64,000 nt of DNA. Origin: Geosiphon pyriformis uo1 (taxonomy: Eukaryota > Fungi > Glomeromycota). The translations under genes and the position numbers were made by a program. The notes below the pieces were generated by a model that was given only the letters and a program-made list of their open reading frames with translations, had not been told where the DNA came from and made no database searches. Every line of letters starts with the position of its first letter. Within the stretch, counting starts at the first letter, position 1. Positions 51,019 to 64,000 of this stretch are shown here, in pieces. The stretch is from NCBI GenBank assembly GCA_016748015.1, contig JAAOMT010000503.1, positions 273,669-337,668 on the forward strand, written 5' to 3'.

Positions 51019-51674
51019 ATTTATTTTTTATAAAAATAAAATAAAATAAAATAAAAATTTGCAATTAACAAAATATGGCATAAATTGATTTTTATTGTAA
51101 AATGTCGAAATTTTTAAATTTTTTCAAACAATGAAATTTAAAGTTTCATAATGTGAATTTTACAAAATTCATTAAAAAACATGTTATAAAATAAAAGCTT
51201 TTAAAATTGATTTGAGTCAGAAATAAAAAGTATTTCGATATTTTTTTCTTAAATCTCGTGAAATTTTTCCAAACTGGAATTTCAGAACTTGTTTTCATAC
51301 ATTTTTATTGTCTCGATTTCTTTGCAGTCATACCTAGAATCAGAATGGCTTTTCTCATCGCTATTTATGTAGAGAACATAGGTGTTCCAGATTACGCGTC
51401 ATATTATACATTCCTAGAATACATATCAGGCGTAATTCAGAAGATAATGCAATATCAGAAAACAAATGAATAATTTATCGTAGAAGGATGGCGTTAGCCA
51501 AAAGGATTTTCCGAGCGAGATGTGAAAATAACCTATTTTGTATTCAAAGAACGATTTGTTTTACAGTATAGGAAGACTAAAGAAAAGGAAATTATTTATT
51601 GTACAGTTTCTAAGAAGTTTCAGACGAGTGAATCAATAAATATAAAACAATTTCATACAATGAGAATATAATGT

Positions 51675-53468
51675 TCATGGATTTGCATCATCGAAATCAA
51701 GAACTTCCATGACGGTTTTTGTTTCTCTTTGAAGTAAGATCACGGCTTTGGTGTCATTAAAAGCAAGTCGCCATACCGCGTTTCCTTGTGCTGTGAGCTC
51801 ACGAATAAAATTTCCCGTTTTGACATCCCACAATTTAACATGCCCATCGTTACCACCGGAGACGATACGTTTATCATCAAATTGCAAACATGTGACGGAA
51901 TTATCATGGGCTGCCATGCGCTGGGTACATTGATTGGTCTCAAGATCCCAAATGCGAATACCACCATCACTACCACCAGTGACAAGGGTGGACCCGTGAA
52001 GCTGCATTTGACCAACAAGAGATGTATGTCCTTGAAGAACACCAATACATTGGCCAGTATGAGCAGACCATACTCGTGCAGTAGAATCTAACGATCTAAA
52101 AGTGTGAACGTGTTAAGGGACAAGACCATGTATATGAAATAGTAGTTATCTAAGCAATGAATGACGTACCCGGTGACAATTTTTTCGCCGTCAAATGCAA
52201 TAGAATATATCTGCGAGAAATGTCCTTGAAGAACGTACCGACAATTCCCAGTAACCATATCCCAAACCTATGAAAATACAAAAAGAAAACCGTTAGATAT
52301 ATCGATTTACGTAATTAATAGCCTATAAAAACTGAACTAACCCGAGCTGTACAATCATAACTGCCGGAAACGACGAGATCACCACAAATTTCTATACATC
52401 GTACACTGGCTTGATGACCAATGAGCAGGTGGAGCATCCTTCCCTCTTTAATATCCCAAACGCGTAAACTAGTATCTCGAGAGCCACTCACAGCGATTTT
52501 ATTGTCTTTCATTTTTAAAGAGCGGACAGTGGACGTATGACCACGTAAAACATGGTTACATTGGCCTGTTTTTATATCCCAAACGCGCACATCTCTAAAT
52601 AAGAAATTAAAAAAAAACCTTGTTAAAAAACCCAAAAATGTTGTTGAGGTATCCAATAAAAATCAATAATGGGCAAGTGATCTTACCTATCACAGCCTCC
52701 AGAAACCAAGATTTCGTCAAAATATTGTAATGCCCATACCCCTCCTTCATGTCCCGTCAAAGTTTTTACATATTTTCCATCGGAGGCACCAAATATATGA
52801 ATCTTTTTGTTGTCCATTCCAACAACAATATATTTATTGCACATTTGTAATGAAGTAACAACACCAGAATCTGGACTTATATGTGTTACAAGTGTTCTTC
52901 CGCCATATTTCCAGTTTGTTTCGACAACGTAGCGTCGCCGAAAATGATCTTTATAGGAAAATCGTGGACAACAAGGATTAATGGAATCGGGTGTTGAGGA
53001 GGATTGTAGTAATTTTGAGATGGAACTGCGTCTTCGAAAATGATATCGAACACATAAATTCTTCCAAGTGAAATCATCTTTAAGCAATGAATGCCAAAAT
53101 TTTGAAACGCTCGATGCTCGAGAAAGTGTTTTTGGATCATTGATGAATGATAATATGTGCAAGCTGATTTCAATTGGAAGATCCTTTAAAAAGTCACGTT
53201 TCAAGCGTGGGGAAATGTAGTTGGACACAAATACAAGTTGTTCAGTATTACAGGAGTTGAGTAGTTCAGCAAGGAGTTGCTGCCTTTGTAAGTTATCCAT
53301 GTTTTGGAAGCCCATTCGAACTATGCGAGTGAAATCATCAGGTTGTGAAGCAATAGGGCATCTTTCCGGGGATTGAGGAAAAAGTTGTGGTGAAGGGGCT
53401 GGCGTTGGAAGACTATGAAAAGTTGTGGTTGAAACCCAAGGTATTTGGGGAGGAGGGAAACGATGCAT
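51675..53468 (-). CDS. F-box/WD40 protein, Cdc4/Fbw7/SEL-10-like SCF substrate receptor; exons 53468-52687, 52594-52342, 52267-52170, 52095-51675 (517 aa)
   Basis: D-domain and F-box (DFLKDLPIEISLHIL), WD40 repeats (GHEGGVWAL, SGGCDRDVRVWD, GHTSTVR); three GT-AG introns give one open frame of 1554 nt. Confidence 0.92.
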
Positions 53469-53993
53469 CTTTTTCAAATTTTCCTAATTTTAATATGTAT
53501 TCCTCTCTTAATGTGAATTTTTTTATAGGTTTGAAGAGGGTAGGTGAAGTTTTATAAGAGTAGGTTCAAGATGAAGACCAGCACGGTAAAACGAAACGAA
53601 TTTTAGATAAACTAACAACATATATTTGAAAGAAATTTGTAATAGAACTGATAATTAACTAATAACCAAAAGTGGCGAAATGTCTTTGTAATCCTTTAAA
53701 ATATATAATCAGGAATATTAGTTAACATTTTTCTAATACCGACGAGCAAATGATGAAAAGAGTGGTATTACGTGCCACACGCTTCTCCATTTTTCCCCTT
53801 TTTTTTTTTTAAAAAAAAACTGCTAACTTTGGTTGGAGGCTGTACGTCTGTCAGCCTCGAAACAATGTCAGGGCCGAAACAGTTCCCGAAACGCGAGCTT
53901 TTTTACTTTAATCGATTTAAAGAAAACCCAATTACATAATATATTGAAGAGAAAATAATAATAATAATAATATTATTATTATTTTTATTATTA

Positions 53994-54770
53994 TTATTTT
54001 TCTTGTTCTTTTTCTTGTTCTTTTTCTTTTTTTTCTGAATCTTGGTTCTTTTGTCCCTTTTGTATTGCTTTACCCTTTAACTCGAATATCAAAGTCCATT
54101 TTTTAAGTGCAGGAGATTCTTGGATATCTTTGGCATGTCCACTTAGAGTGTCAATAACTTTTTTCCTCATGGCTTCCGCTTCTTCTCTATTGGGTTTTTG
54201 GCCCTTCTTGGGTTTAACAATAAGTTGTACATGATATCCTTTTTGTAAAAATTCTTTAGCGTGTGAAAATTTACGCATGCTATCGTTTTCTGACACATTC
54301 CAACTGATTTGAACTTGTTTGGTAATCGCTCCATGTTGTAATTTGGATGATTCCTTTGCCCTTTGACGGATTGATTTGTGTTTAAGGTACTCCAGCTTCT
54401 TGTCAACGAGTTTGCAAATAGGCGGTTTAATATCTGTTGAAACCTGAACAAGCCAATATTTTTTACGATCCATTGATCCGAGAATTTCGCGTAAATATTT
54501 AACCCCTTCCATCTTGCCTTCAGCATTAACAAATTTTATTAGATTATAATCAATTTCTTCGTCACGAGGATGTTTCTCGAGTGATTGATTCAATTGAAAT
54601 TTGGAAGGTTTGAAAAGATTTGGCAAAGAAATGAAAAATTGTTGTCGACTTGTTGTCGAAAAAGACTGTAATTTCTGTCGCCAACTGGTATTCAGCTTCG
54701 ATTGTCCAATGTTAAAAGGTATTAAGCCAAAAGGAGATGATGATGATGGACGAAAATAAATTCTCGCCAT
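53994..54770 (-). CDS. Mitochondrial translation initiation factor IF-3 (Aim23/MTIF3-like), intronless, 258 aa
   Basis: Arg/Ser-rich presequence-like N-terminus; IF3-N (PRDEEI, LVQVS, PPICKL) and IF3-C (KQVQISW, AKEFLQKG) motifs. Confidence 0.85.
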   Translation of the reverse strand: MARIYFRPSSSSPFGLIPFNIGQSKLNTSWRQKLQSFSTTSRQQFFISLPNLFKPSKFQLNQSLEKHPRDEEIDYNLIKFVNAEGKMEGVKYLREILGSMDRKKYWLVQVSTDIKPPICKLVDKKLEYLKHKSIRQRAKESSKLQHGAITKQVQISWNVSENDSMRKFSHAKEFLQKGYHVQLIVKPKKGQKPNREEAEAMRKKVIDTLSGHAKDIQESPALKKWTLIFELKGKAIQKGQKNQDSEKKEKEQEKEQEK

Positions 54771-55620
54771 TTTGAGTGTTCATTTTTTTTTCCTGACGGC
54801 TCTGCCTGGAAATTAAATATTTGTCGATTATGATGCAATATGTTTATCATTTCTTTTTTCTGACAGAACAAAAATCACTTAGTTTAATTATTTTTTTACA
54901 ATATTGATTTTTATTATTATATAATTAAATTATTATATTAATTGATAATATTATAATAATTGGTTAAATTAATATATCAACAATAAATTTGTTATTTGAA
55001 TTTGTATTTTAAATTTTTTTGCTTAACATAAACAATTATTTATAAATTATTTTATATAATTTATATTATTATACTGTAATTATAGATTATGTTATAAATA
55101 ATATGTAATTAGTCATTTAAGCCAATTAAAACTATTTTAAACTAAACAATAAAAACAAATTTTGTTTTAATAAAACAATTTAGATAATTAACATTTTTAA
55201 TAAACTTATTTAATTAAAGACAAATTAATTTTTTACTATTTTTAATAAAAAAAAACCTAAAGATTCTAAAGTATTATTAAATTATTAAATATGTTTTTAT
55301 TAATAAATAAGCTTGTTTTATTATTTATATTTTTATTATTAAAAAACTAAATCACCAATTTTAAAGACTATATAGCCAAAAACAATTAATTAATTGGGTT
55401 TTAAATATATTTTATTTTATTTAAATTTAATATATAATTCAATTATTGTTTAATATAATATATTAAATTAAACAACTTAAATTAAAGATAATTTACATAT
55501 TTTTTACATATAATTAGACATAAATCCAATTTAAACTAAACTATATTGAATCTAAAAAAAATCTACTCTAAAAAATTAATATACTATTTTTAATCAAACT
55601 ATTTAATTATTTAACAGTTA

Positions 55621-56469
<849 letters not shown>

Positions 56470-57495
56470 TTATATTAAAAAAAAACTAATTATAGTCTTA
56501 TTAAAAACAAATATCTTATTTTAAACATTAAAAACCAAATTTTTAATTTCTATATATAAAGCAAAAAAAGTGTTTAAAAAAATAATAATTATAGTAATCA
56601 AAAAATTAATTAGTTTAATAATAAATTTTATCAAAGCAACTAAACTCAAAATTTAAGAATTGCAGAAATTTAATCTAGACTTAACAATAGAATTAACAAT
56701 AAAATTAACAATAAACACAACCAAAAATACAGCAAAACAAAAAACCAAAAAAACAAAAGTCTTAACATAAGATTTTTTACTAATAAAAAAGACAGAAAAA
56801 ACTTGAAGCCAACAGTAAATTTAACAAACAACTTAAAAAATAAAAATAGTAATATTTATAATAATAATATTTAAAATTTTTTTATTGGATATAATATTTA
56901 CATAAAATATTAGTTTTTATAACAGCAAAATTCAAAAATTTATAAAAATTAAACATTATAAAAACAAAATATTAATGATAATAAGAATTAAAAAAATAAA
57001 ACAAGTATAAATATCAACTTAAAAAATTAAATCATTAATTTCAAAAACAGTATAGCCAAAAAAAATTAACTAACTTAATTTTATAAGTGTTTTATAAAAT
57101 AATAATTTTTTTTTAATTAAACAAAAAAAAAATCTTAATATTATCTTTTTTTATTAGTAAAAATTAATAAGCAAAAACAATAATAATAAAAAAAGTTTTT
57201 AAAAATAATAATAGCATATTGTTATAAGTCAACAAACTTTAATTTAACAAAAATAATAACATTAAAAACACCAAGAATATTTATAATATAATCAGAAAAT
57301 GTGTTAAAAAAACATTATAAAATACAACAAAAACAAAAAAAAAGAATTAAAAACTATTACAAAAGATTTTACAATCTTAAAAATAATTAAAAAAACACTA
57401 ATAATAACATTAATAATAACTTAATATTGTCTTTTAAAACTAACTTAAATTTAATAAAATCAAATAATAAATAGAACAAAAAAATAATTAAGACT

Positions 57496-58922
57496 AATTT
57501 TTTAGTGTATATGAATAGATCTCTAAAGAACCTAGACATGGTTAACAAGAAGGCTGGTGCTGCAGTTATTTTTGAGGACATTGGTTTGGGTTTGGGTATA
57601 GGTGTTATGAGTTTGATGTCATTCATCTTGGCAAAAATGCAAGCTATTGTATTAGCTTTGGAGTGTGTTCCCCCATTTAGTTCTGTTCACTTGTTTTCAG
57701 ATAGTTAATCTGCTTTGGATACTTGTAAGTTAGAACTAGATTTAGTGTCTTCAGACTTTTGCAATCAGTGTTGGATCAAACATTAACATATTGTTAATGT
57801 TGTTCATAGCAAAAATTTGAGAGTTTTTTGGCTTAAAGTAAAAGACCACTCTAATGTTTTGGAGAATGAGCATGCTAATGCACTTGTTAATGCCACTTCT
57901 TTTTCTAATTGGTATTTTTCTCCTTGTTTAAATAAACGTTTTTTGGTGGCTAATGATTGTATGGTTTCTAACAACTCTAAACACTTTGTTCACAATGTTT
58001 TTTGTTCTATTTGTCATGCCCATTGAAAGATTGGGTCTGGTTTTACATTTGTAAATAATAATCTGCATTCTGACATTAATTGGCTTAGCTTTTCATTGGT
58101 GTGGCACTCTGATTTGCACATGGCCACTGGTTTTACTGACAGGTCTACAGCTTTTGTACATACTTATTTTATAAAAGCTTTGCATTGTCAACTGCCTATT
58201 GCCATTTGAAAGTGACTCTACAACTAACATTACTCTAATGTATTGTGCTTGTATTGTGATGCTATAGAGATATCAAATCATGCCTTCTCTTGTGACATTG
58301 ACAGTTCTATTTGTCTTCAGTTATTGGAAGCCTGTGTAGTTTTTTGGATGACTCTTTCTGATCACTTTTATTTTTTATCAGCCATGTTGTAACTGTTGTT
58401 GTCCAGTGTTTTTGATGTCTTTATCTTCATGGCTTTTTTTAAGAGTTTTGTTTTTAGTGGTTGGCTTTGTGAGACTATCTCTGTTTTCTGCAATTCTAAG
58501 GTTGCTAGATTGAAGATTGTTAAGGTTGTGTATTCTTTCTGTCTTGCTTTTAGGGACAATGTCTGGTTGATTTGTGCTAAACATTATGCTTACATAGAAA
58601 AAAATGGTCTGATCTTATTAGATAAGTCAGCTTTTGTTTTGGTTTTTGGTTTGACTTCAGAGTTATTAGCTAGTGTAATCAGATTACTTGGCATTATTGA
58701 AGCTTTTGGTGTTTATTTTGGCTTTTATAGGCCTTGCTTATTTTTTTCAGATATTGGTGATTTTGTTTTGGTTTATATAACTAAATAATATTGTTCTAAT
58801 TGGTCTGAGTGACTGGTCACATGTAGAAAATACATGATTCACACCTAGTTTAGATTATTTTTTTGATATATAATTCTAGATAGTGTTTGAACTTTACTCA
58901 TTAAGCATAATAAAAAAAAAAA
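57496..58922 (+). mobile_element. 5'-truncated LINE-like fragment with RNase H, CCHC knuckle, 3' UTR and A-tail
   Basis: Degenerate RNase H (VYMNRS from VYTDGS, AKMQAIVLAL, HLFSDS, KVKDHS..LENEHANAL), CLYC..DH..SC-like knuckle, same 3' UTR as 50907-51010. Confidence 0.8.
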
Positions 58923-60260
58923 CTAATTTAATTTTAAATATAATTTTAGATATTGGAATAAAACTATTCATTCAAAAATTTTTTGATAATTAAAAATTAT
59001 TTTTCAAGTACTATTAAAAACAATATTAAAAAACAAAAAAAAATTAATTTAGTTTTTATTTAATCAATTTAATTTTTAAAATTAAATGACTTAATAAGTT
59101 GTTTTGTTTTTAAAATTAATAATAATTTGTTAAAAAATATCATAATTGGCAATATAGTTAGTAATTAATTTTGGTTTATTTTGAAAGATATGCTATTGTT
59201 ACTATTGTTTATATTAAAAAAAAAACTAATTATTATTAAGAAGATTTTATTTAAAATTTTATTTAAAATTTTATTTAAAATGATAAAAAGATTTGATATA
59301 ATAATAGTAAACACAAATAATTATTGCTGTTTTTTTGAATTTTTGAATTTTTTAACTATTTGTAAATTAATAATAATAATATTAATAATAAAACAAAAAA
59401 AACCAACTTGTTTACCGATTTATATTAAAAACTTTAAAGCTTTTAAAAAAAATAAAAACAATATTAGGACGAACTTAAGTGTATTTTTTAAAAAAAATTT
59501 TGACAAAAAAAAAACTATTAGTTAAAGATAAATAAAATTCTTTAAAAATTATTAAAAACAGTTTTTTACTATTAATATTTAAAAAAATATTGTTGAAATT
59601 TTTTGTTTAATAATAAACCTTTTTTTTGTTAAAATTTTATTAATTACTATAAGAAAATTAATATTTAAATTATTTTAATTTTTACAATATTATTAAATAC
59701 TAAAATAAAAACCACTTATTTTAAAAATTTTTAATAACTAATAACAATTTTTTAAATATTATTAAAAACAATAATTTTTTCAAAAAACAAAAAAAAACAG
59801 TTTTATTTTTTATTTAATTTATTTAATTTATTTAATTTTTGTAATTAAGTAACTTAATAAATTAATTGGCTAAGATTGTATGTAAAAACATAATTTATTT
59901 TATTTTTAATTTTATAAAAATTAACTAAAATTTAATATTAATTTGTAACTTTGGTAAAACACATTACTATTATTATTATTTTAAAAAAAACCATTGTTTA
60001 CAGCCAAATTCAGAATAAAACCAATATCTTATTTTTTACAAAAACATTTTTCTCAAATATAGAAAAAGAGTTAATAGCCATTCAAGCAAAAAAAAAGTAG
60101 CTTTATTACCAATTTGTTGTTAAAAATCTTTGAATTTTTTACAATAATGATTTAAGACATTTTGTGTTGTGTGGCAAATCCTTTTGAAATTTGAAGGTAG
60201 CACCAAACCATTCGATAAACCCAGACTTGTCATTTCAAGTTTGTTGACTTTTTCCTTACC

Positions 60261-61128
60261 ATGACAACCTTCGCCTTTGGACCACACACTATTAGAGCGA
60301 GTGAGGTTTTTTTTATCTCAAAGCTATCTATTGGCTTTGTAAATTTGAAACCGATCGTGCCGTCAGTATTTTTGAATCCTATTTGTTAAACTCCTATAAC
60401 AGACTTCTTTCAAAACCAAGAATCTCTTTCAAAAAATTCACCTGAAAAATAGCGACTTGTTTCTGATCCTAAAATTCCTCCTTTCAATTTCAGAGGCCGT
60501 AACCTTTTTTGAGACTAAAGTTTCTTGGGTGAAATATTAGGTTCATGAGACCACCATTTACTCTTTACATTTTCGTATTATATCTTTATAACAATAGATG
60601 TTCTTGTGACAACCCGTCGTATTGTTCCCAGATACCTCGACCTTACCACTGAAGAGGTATGTTCTTATTTATTCTAGCTTCCTTCGATTTTTTGACCGCC
60701 GGTATTTAAATACTAATTTACTTCAACATATAGATAAGTGACCTTTTTGTGAGCGCTCAAAAAATTGGAAAGGTCATTGAGACAGAATATAAGGGGTCAA
60801 GCTTGACTTTAGCAATTCAGGATGGTCCCGCTGCTGGACAAACAGTAAGCTAAGGATTTATCTGAGTCAATAGATTTAATCATTAATAACTTCTACATGT
60901 TTACGATTTAAAAAGGTACCCCATTGCCATATCCACGTTATCCCTCGACGATTTGGTGATTGGGCGAATAATGACGATATCTATAAAGAAATTGATAGAG
61001 TTAATTTAGATAATTTATACAATACAACAGCCATCAAGGTAGATAACGAAGAAAGAAAACCGCGGACTTGGGAAGAAATGGCAAAAGAAGCTGCATATCT
61101 GCGGCAATTCTTTGATAAACCTGAATAA
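60261..61128 (+). CDS. HNT2: HIT-family dinucleoside triphosphate hydrolase (FHIT/Hnt2-like); exons 60261-60361, 60494-60498, 60598-60656, 60734-60844, 60916-61128 (162 aa)
   Basis: Spliced frame gives MTTFAFG...VNLKPIVPGHVLV...AIQDGPAAGQTVPHCHIHVIPR...RKPRTWEEMAKEA; HxHxH motif; all introns GT-AG. Confidence 0.9.
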
Positions 61129-61324
61129 ACAACTTTTCTTGAAATTTTTTAAGGTATGAAATTAAGTCACAATTACGATATTGTGAATCTCACAATTTCT
61201 AATACATTTAGATTCCTTACTGCCAATATTTGAGTGCTGCACCAAATCAAGCATTGTCTGTGCCGTTCACCGTCATTAGTCTACATACAAAATATCCAGC
61301 AGGGGTCAATCAGCGCACATAGTC

Positions 61325-63269
<1,945 letters not shown>

Positions 63270-63537
63270 TTGCAGAGCTGACAAAATTTTTGCTCATCAA
63301 AATTCTCCCCAAATTTATCTATGATTGGTCAGAAATATCGTGGACATCTACCTTTCAAAGATCAATCTAAAGGAGCTTCGGACTTTCCAGTCTTAGCTGT
63401 GAACGACGAACGTTTTTCCAATTCAAATTGGTTGCCCCAATACTCAGTTCTTTTTGTAGAGACCGAAGTATTCGTATTTGAAAAAGGACTCCAAAGTTTG
63501 CTCAGCAATTTTGCTTTACCTAGATCTACTGCGAGAA

Positions 63538-64000
63538 ATGGACTACTCGACACTTCAAATGCCTGTGGCTCAAAACCCGGACTACTCTTCTCCTGAACCG
63601 CTTCAACAGTCGCCAAGAAATTCACAATCTTCACGGCGACCTCCTTCCAGTGGAAGAGAGAGGGACCATCAACCCCCACAAAGAAGGAGTTCAGGAAACA
63701 CACCGGTAAGCCTAAAGAACATTTTTTTTTACTTGATTTGTCATATTTTATGTTAGCAGAACCTTCATAGACATGCCAGACACATTAGTGCTTTTTTAAT
63801 AAGTGGTCTTTTATAAATGTCGAAGATGAGTTCAATTGAAAAGACTGTAACCACCTTGCTCGTTGCTACCAAATCCTTACTTGAAAGTTTGACTGCCTGG
63901 TCTCAAGGTCGTATGACAGAACAACAAGTTTCTGATGTATATGTACAATTAACCAGCGACTTCCATAAAGCTTGCCAATCCTTTTCAAAACAGGGTATAA
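63538..64000 (+). CDS. BUD6: 5' part of a Bud6/Aip3-like actin-interacting protein; probable intron 63706-63825; runs off the window
   Basis: SIEKTVTTLLVATKSLLESLTAWS...VSDVYVQL..DF..AC..F...GI matches the conserved Bud6 N-terminus as I recall it; GTAAG donor and phase-0 AG acceptor. Confidence 0.78.

Noticed and set aside
59181-59525. 114-aa Ile/Lys/Phe-rich ORF (also 57387-57626)
   Set aside because: Low-complexity product of extremely AT-rich DNA
63321-63703. Overlapping ORFs 63321-63596 (+) and 63362-63703 (-)
   Set aside because: Alternative frames over the BUD6 5' region with no recognisable motifs

Overview
Eukaryotic, AT-rich fungal genomic DNA with GT-AG introns; a Glomeromycotina/Mucoromycota origin is my inference, not something the sequence proves. 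Bases 1-~51,000 are one deeply nested retroelement stack. A LINE 3' end (50353-51018) is interrupted by Ty3/gypsy element D0 (16880-50352). D0 contains B (itself carrying A), D1 (carrying E, which carries a further A-family LTR) and F. LTR ends, PBS, PPT and 4-bp TSDs can be read directly for most of these. The four LTR families share an unusual layout: Gag-PR-(Cys-rich domain-dUTPase)-RT-RNase H, STOP, a separately initiated integrase ORF, then an extra non-env ORF3 ending at a conserved pre-PPT motif. All repeats are eroded by C>T/G>A transitions. Bases ~51,700-64,000 hold host genes: an F-box/WD40 Cdc4/Fbw7-like gene, mitochondrial IF3, an HNT2/FHIT-like gene with a 5-nt micro-exon (missed by the ORF track), DBP3 and the start of BUD6. 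A ~5 kb hyper-mutated AT island with a solo LTR, a (TAT)n tract and a second LINE fragment interrupts them. All alignments and counts were done by eye; several N-gaps and one apparent local misassembly limit certainty.
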